64,000 bases of DNA from Planctomycetota bacterium (GTDB lineage: Bacteria > Planctomycetota > UBA11346). Position 1 is the first letter of the stretch. Each line of letters starts with the position of its first letter. The stretch lies in contig JBBRLJ010000026.1 of assembly GCA_038231435.1 (NCBI GenBank), forward strand, positions 4,991 to 68,990. The letters are read 5' to 3'. The translations under genes and the position numbers were made by a program. Below the pieces are notes generated by a model that worked only from the letters and a program-made list of their open reading frames with translations, searched no databases and was not told the origin of the DNA. Below are positions 59,162 to 64,000 of the stretch, piece after piece.

Positions 59162-61159
59162 TCAAGCTTTCGTCGCTGGCGCGAGCGCGCGAAGTTCGGC
59201 CAGCTCCTCGGCAAAGCCGCCCGAGAGGATCGGGAAGCGGCACCAGGTCTTGGGGTCGAGGTTCTCGTCGTCGAGATGGAATGACGGCGCGAAGCGCTCG
59301 CGCTTCCACTGGTTGCGGCACCACAGAGTGAAGAAGCGCACCACCCAGCCGCGCATGCGCTCGCCCGGCTGGTCGGGGTGCAGCGCGCGCATCGCCTTGA
59401 ACACCTCGACCGGCGCGAGCTTATCGCGGATCGCCATCCGCTCGATGGCATCGAGCACCGGGAAGGGCATCAGGTCGTCCTCGGATTTCTGCGCCGCTTC
59501 GAGCGGACGCAGCTCGGGCGTCGAGCGCTGGCTGGTCACCACCTCGAGCTCCGGGATCGGACCGATACCGAGCGGCCCATCGGTCTGCATCCACGCCAGC
59601 CAGGTGCGCAGGAACGCCTTGTCGATGCCGGCGATCGGACTGAGGCCGCCGCAGGTATCGCCATCCATGGTGGTGTAACCGACCGCCGCTTCGCTGCGAT
59701 TGCTGGTCGCCAGCAGCAGCGCGTCGCGCAGGTTCGCGATCATCCATACCCCTGGGGCTCGGGCGCGCGCCTGGATGTTCTGCAGGGCGATGTCGTCATC
59801 CTGCCAAGTCGGGGCGCGTCCGAGCGCTTTGCCCACGGCCTCGGTGTAGCCGCGCACGAACGGCTCGACGTCGAGCTCGAGATGGTCGGCGCCGATCGCC
59901 CCGGCCACGCGCCGCGCGGCGACGCGGGTGTCATCCGAGCTGTTGGCGGTGCCCTGATAGACGGTGGTGAGCAGGCTCGCCACCAATCGGCCGCCGGCGC
60001 CAGGCGCGAGCACGCGGAGGTGGGCGAGACGCGCGCGGAATCCGTCCGCGCCCAGCCCGGCAACGCCGAGTCGCGCCATCATCGCGACCAGCGTGGCCAC
60101 GGCGGTGGAGTCGGCGCCGCCGCTGAGACTGACGACGAAGCCCTGCGAGCGGCTCTTGCGCAGGTAATCGAACAGCGCCAGCGCCAGCGTGCGGGTGAAT
60201 TCCTCCTCCTTGCGGCGCGGGCTCCCCTCCCACGCCGCATCGGATGTCGACGCCGCCGCGGGCGCGCCGGCCGCCGCCGGCCACGCGAATGGCGTCGTCA
60301 CCAGTCCCAGCGGCTCCTCGAGCCGGGGAAGGAAGCTCGCCGAGCGTGCCGCGGCGAATCGTCCTGCGTCGACGTCGATGGTTGCGGCGGTGACGTGGTG
60401 CTCGTGGTAGCCCAGGCGCGGGCCCGCTGCGACGATGCGCCCGCTGTCGGCGATGAGCGCCCCGCCATCGTAGATCGCGCGGCCTGCCTCGTTGCCGATC
60501 AGATTGGCGTAGACGTAGGCGACATTGAAGGCGCGCGATCCCTCGGTGACGAAGCGCCGGCGCACGTCGATCTTGCCGAAGGCGAAGTGGCTCGCCGACG
60601 GATTGAGGATGATGTCCGCGCCCGCGCTCGCGAGCGCAGCGCCCGGACGCCCGGCGACCCAGGCGTCCTCGCAGATCTCGAATCCGATGCGCACCCCACC
60701 CACCTCGACGAGCAGGTCCCCGATCGGGACATCGTGCCCGGCCAGATGCACCATCGCCCGCTCGCCCTCGCGCCACGGCTTGAACCAGCGCGGCTCGTAG
60801 TGGATACCATCACCCGCGAGGAAGCGTTTCGCGACCACCGCGACCAGGCGGCCGTCGACGGCGAGCGCAGCCGCGTCGAACAGCGCCTTGTGGTGCAGGA
60901 CCGGCAGGCCGAAGGCGACCACCGAACCCGCGGTCTCGGGCAGCAGGTCGGCGAGCATACGCTCGGCGCGCTGCGCGGTGCCAGGAGCATGGAAGGCGTC
61001 CTCGCAGCCGTACCCGGTCAGGCACAGCTCGGGCAGGCAGAGCACGCTGACGCCGGCGGCGCGCGCCTCGCGCAGCGCCGAGAGGATGCGCCGGTGATTG
61101 CCCGGCCAATCGAGCGGCGTCTGGTTGAGAATCGCCGCGCCTACCGTGATGGGGAACAT
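59162..61159 (-). CDS. nadE: glutamine-dependent NAD+ synthetase (nitrilase domain plus NadE synthetase domain)
   Basis: Carbon-nitrogen hydrolase N-terminus (VGAAILNQTP...CLPELCLTGY...EICEDAW). Synthetase P-loop VVSLSGGADST. Strong RBS GGAGGAGG before the ATG at 61159. Confidence 0.85.
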   Translation of the reverse strand: MFPITVGAAILNQTPLDWPGNHRRILSALREARAAGVSVLCLPELCLTGYGCEDAFHAPGTAQRAERMLADLLPETAGSVVAFGLPVLHHKALFDAAALAVDGRLVAVVAKRFLAGDGIHYEPRWFKPWREGERAMVHLAGHDVPIGDLLVEVGGVRIGFEICEDAWVAGRPGAALASAGADIILNPSASHFAFGKIDVRRRFVTEGSRAFNVAYVYANLIGNEAGRAIYDGGALIADSGRIVAAGPRLGYHEHHVTAATIDVDAGRFAAARSASFLPRLEEPLGLVTTPFAWPAAAGAPAAASTSDAAWEGSPRRKEEEFTRTLALALFDYLRKSRSQGFVVSLSGGADSTAVATLVAMMARLGVAGLGADGFRARLAHLRVLAPGAGGRLVASLLTTVYQGTANSSDDTRVAARRVAGAIGADHLELDVEPFVRGYTEAVGKALGRAPTWQDDDIALQNIQARARAPGVWMIANLRDALLLATSNRSEAAVGYTTMDGDTCGGLSPIAGIDKAFLRTWLAWMQTDGPLGIGPIPELEVVTSQRSTPELRPLEAAQKSEDDLMPFPVLDAIERMAIRDKLAPVEVFKAMRALHPDQPGERMRGWVVRFFTLWCRNQWKRERFAPSFHLDDENLDPKTWCRFPILSGGFAEELAELRALAPATKA

Positions 61160-61199
61160 GGTCTTCTCCTCCTCCTACTCGCGTCTCGGACAGGTCGGG

Positions 61200-62693
61200 T
61201 CAGCTCGCGTCAACTTGGGGACAGCTTGGGGACAGCTTGGGGACAGGACGCGCCGAGAGCATCAGCCGCGTCTTGAGTTCGTGAAGCCCCTGCTCGAGAC
61301 CGACCGGATACTGGTGCGGATTGTCGAAGCGCTTCACCCCCACGTGCAGCGACGCGAGCTGAGCGGCAGTGCGCTCGCGGCTGACGCTCGGAGCCGGCGC
61401 CTGGTTCACGATCGCGCCCTTCCTCATCACCGGGACGAGGAGATCCTCGTGCGCGAGATCCTCGGCGAAGTGCTTGCGCCGCGTCGCATCGAAGGGGTCT
61501 ACCATGGTCGGCGCCGCGGAGATGCCCGACAACTCGTCGTAGAGGACGTCGCCGACGAACTCGCCATCGCCGCGGCGGAAGCGACGGATCTGCAGGATGC
61601 CCGGGTTCGAGACCTTCGCCGGCTGCTCGCTGAGCTTGATGCAATGCCGCCAGCTGCCGTCGTCCTCGCACATCGCGGTGAGCTTGTAGACGCCACCGAG
61701 CGCGGGCTGGTCGTGACCGGTGACCAGACGCGTGCCAACGCCCCACACCGAGATGGCGGCGCCCTGGTCCTTGAGGCTGGTGATCAGGCGTTCGTCGAGA
61801 TCGTTCGAAGCGACGATCTGCGCCTTGGGGAAACCCGCGGCATCGAGCCGCCGGCGCGCCTCGATCGACAGCCAGGCGAGGTCGCCAGAGTCGAGGCGAA
61901 TCCCGACCATCTCGTGGCCACCCGCGCGCAGCTCGCGCGCGATCGCGATCGCGTGCTCGACGCCCTCGATGGTGTCGTAGGTGTCGACCAGGAACACGCA
62001 GTTGTTCGGCATCGCTCCGGCGTAGGCGCGGAAGGCCTCGAGCTCGTCGCTGAAGGACATGATCCAGCTGTGCGCGTGCGTGCCGCGCACCGGGATTCCA
62101 TGGCGCTTGCCGGCGAGCACGTTCGAGGTCGCATGGCAGCCGCCGATGAAGGCCGCGCGGCTGGCGGCGAGCGCGCCATCGACCCCCTGCGCGCGGCGGA
62201 GCCCGAACTCGAGCACCGCGTCACCGCGCGCGGCGGAGCAGATGCGCGCAGCCTTGGTGGCGATCAGGGTGTCGAAGTTGACCAGGTTCAGGAGCGCGGT
62301 CTCGAGCAGCTGCCCGTGCAGGATCGGTCCGCGCACGCGCACCAGCGGCTCGTGCGGGAACACCACCGTGCCCTCGGGCACCGCGTCGACGTCTACCGTC
62401 AGCCGCAAGCCGGCGAGATGATCGAGGAAACCGCGGTCGAAGAGCGCCTTGCCGTCATTGCCGGTCAAGGTCGTGAGGTAGGCGAGGTCGTCGGGCGAGA
62501 AACGGTAGTCGCGCAGGTAGTCGATGAGCGGCGCGAGCCCACATGCCACCGCGTAGCCGCCGGCGAAGGGAGACTTGCGGAAGGACATGCTGAAGACCGC
62601 CTCGCGTTCATGGCGCCCGGTGCGCCAATAGCCGTAGGCCATGGTCAGCTGGTAGAGGTCGGTGAGCAGGGCGGAACCGTGCGCGTCATCCAT
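61200..62693 (-). CDS. pncB: nicotinate phosphoribosyltransferase PncB
   Basis: N-terminal [15 protein letters not shown] hallmark. Full-length collinearity with PncB. The C-terminal tail is encoded by an 11-bp x3 tandem repeat. Confidence 0.85.
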   Translation of the reverse strand: MDDAHGSALLTDLYQLTMAYGYWRTGRHEREAVFSMSFRKSPFAGGYAVACGLAPLIDYLRDYRFSPDDLAYLTTLTGNDGKALFDRGFLDHLAGLRLTVDVDAVPEGTVVFPHEPLVRVRGPILHGQLLETALLNLVNFDTLIATKAARICSAARGDAVLEFGLRRAQGVDGALAASRAAFIGGCHATSNVLAGKRHGIPVRGTHAHSWIMSFSDELEAFRAYAGAMPNNCVFLVDTYDTIEGVEHAIAIARELRAGGHEMVGIRLDSGDLAWLSIEARRRLDAAGFPKAQIVASNDLDERLITSLKDQGAAISVWGVGTRLVTGHDQPALGGVYKLTAMCEDDGSWRHCIKLSEQPAKVSNPGILQIRRFRRGDGEFVGDVLYDELSGISAAPTMVDPFDATRRKHFAEDLAHEDLLVPVMRKGAIVNQAPAPSVSRERTAAQLASLHVGVKRFDNPHQYPVGLEQGLHELKTRLMLSARPVPKLSPSCPQVDAS

Positions 62694-62707
62694 GGCCAGC
62701 TCCCTTC

Positions 62708-62728
62708 ATAGTGTATATACGACACTAA
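62708..62728. promoter_or_regulatory. second copy of the NrtR-like palindrome (ATAGTGTAtatacgACACTAA) upstream of pncB-nadE
   Basis: TAGTGT / ACACTA half-sites with the same 7-nt spacing as the site at 59140, 15-35 bp upstream of the pncB ATG (62693). Confidence 0.5.
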
Positions 62729-62792
62729 GAGTCCCGGTCAAGGATGGTGAGCCGGCCCGCGCCACATCCATGCTGGTGCGCCCACCGCAGCG

Positions 62793-64000
62793 TCAGAGCA
62801 GCCCCGCCGCGTGGGCGAGGCGATGGACGGCGATGGCGAGGTGCGCGTCGATGATGCCGTCGGATGCGGCCAACGCCCGGTCGAGCCGCACCCAGCGCAG
62901 CCCGCGGCCAGCGCTGGCCACGATCGCCGCGTGCGGCAGGACCAGTTCGGGCGTCACCCCGGGCGTCGACAGGTACGGTCCACCGAGCTCGATGATGGCA
63001 TCCGCGTGCAGCACGAAATCTCCAGCCATGCGCCCCCGCGTGAAGACCTCGGCATCGTCCAGGCTGACGATGGTCCTGGGCAGCCGCCATGCAGGCGCAG
63101 TCGCGATGCCGGCCGAGCCGTTGTAGGCCTGCGCTGCCGGCAGCTCGCGCCACTCGATACCGATGAGCCATGTTCCGGATGCCCACCGGCATGGAAGTGC
63201 CACCACCGTGGTGCGGCTGAAGCGGCGCGGGATGAAGTAGTCGCGTTCGACGGTGGCGACCATGGCGCCGTCGGCGGCCACTTCGTCGAAGATGCCACGG
63301 CGCGATTCGAGGAACGAGGAAGCGGCGGCGACGCGTTCGTACGGCGCGCCCGTAGGCGGCGACAGCGCGGCGTCATCGCCGCGCTGCGGCTCGGCCACCT
63401 CTGCGCCCCCATGCGCGCCCGGCAGTTCCGCCCCGATCCACGGCCCCGCGGCGAGCCCGCACCGCCGCAGCAGCCGATAGCAGCCGAGTTCGAGCCGGGC
63501 GTCGAACATCCCGCCGACATGGCAGGCGCGCACTACCTGGCGTGCATCGAGCTCGCGCGCGCCATCCGGCGATGATGCCGGCGGCGCGGCGCGCAGCTCG
63601 ACTGCGTACGCCGACACCCGTTCGTCGATGCCGCCGGGCGAAGTCAGGTAGCGCCACGGCGGCGCGATGGCGACGATCGACGCGCGGGTGAGACCGATGC
63701 GGTCGAGCGCCACGCGCTCGACCGCATCGGGCGACTCCTCGCCATGGAGGATGGCCGCGAGCGGTTCGGTGATGTGGCCGGACCAGCGAGTGCCGTGGAG
63801 ATTGGGATCCGCGGCGGCGGCATTGACGATGGGCCGCGCGAAGCCCTTCTTCGCCATGACCATCAGCCGATCGCCTTCGCGCCGCCAGGGCAGCAGGTCG
63901 ATGGTGCGCCCGGGGCGCTCCACCACGTCGTACACCGCGCCGCTGCCGCGGTGCCGCCACGACGCCTGCGCGATGAACCCGGCGCCCACCAGCGGGACGC
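62793..64000 (-). CDS. hypothetical protein, 5' end probably beyond the right window edge
   Basis: Open frame continues to the window end with no in-frame stop after the annotated Met at 63989. No recognisable motif. Confidence 0.35.
   Translation of the reverse strand, partial: VPLVGAGFIAQASWRHRGSGAVYDVVERPGRTIDLLPWRREGDRLMVMAKKGFARPIVNAAAADPNLHGTRWSGHITEPLAAILHGEESPDAVERVALDRIGLTRASIVAIAPPWRYLTSPGGIDERVSAYAVELRAAPPASSPDGARELDARQVVRACHVGGMFDARLELGCYRLLRRCGLAAGPWIGAELPGAHGGAEVAEPQRGDDAALSPPTGAPYERVAAASSFLESRRGIFDEVAADGAMVATVERDYFIPRRFSRTTVVALPCRWASGTWLIGIEWRELPAAQAYNGSAGIATAPAWRLPRTIVSLDDAEVFTRGRMAGDFVLHADAIIELGGPYLSTPGVTPELVLPHAAIVASAGRGLRWVRLDRALAASDGIIDAHLAIAVHRLAHAAGLL

Overview
High-GC (about 68%) bacterial chromosomal segment. 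The lineage is not resolved from sequence alone. The many prepilin-like proteins, autotransporter beta-strand repeats and Sel1/TPR proteins would fit Verrucomicrobia, Planctomycetes or Myxococcales. The window holds about 60 genes in four recognisable blocks. (1) 4.4-8.5 kb: a metal/iron-uptake-like cluster with a YHS-domain periplasmic protein, a porin, an outer-membrane beta-barrel lipoprotein and TonB, organised around a near-consensus 7-1-7 Fur-box palindrome, followed by chrA. (2) 10-36 kb: a signal-transduction-rich region with a hybrid histidine kinase, three further kinases in a row, two tandem orphan receivers, a CheB-CheR-PAS-kinase megaprotein and a REC-REC regulator. Secreted and cell-wall proteins are interspersed, and there are three decayed C-terminal fragments of two-component genes. 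(3) 42.5-51.5 kb: the most striking element, an eight-gene operon on the minus strand whose start and stop codons overlap. It encodes seven prepilin-type (G|FTLIE) pseudopilin-like proteins of unusual size, up to 813 aa, plus one membrane-anchored protein. It lies downstream of a 1017-aa orphan protein and yaiI, and diverges from a LacI regulator next to a GH29 alpha-L-fucosidase and an AraC regulator. (4) 55.4-62.7 kb: an NAD-salvage regulon, nrtR-pncA-pnuC-nadR-like-nudix and pncB-nadE, each preceded by the same 21-bp palindrome, which I take to be the NrtR operator. No tRNA or rRNA genes, CRISPR arrays, transposases or integrases were seen. All annotations rest on motif and architecture recognition by eye; no database search was run.
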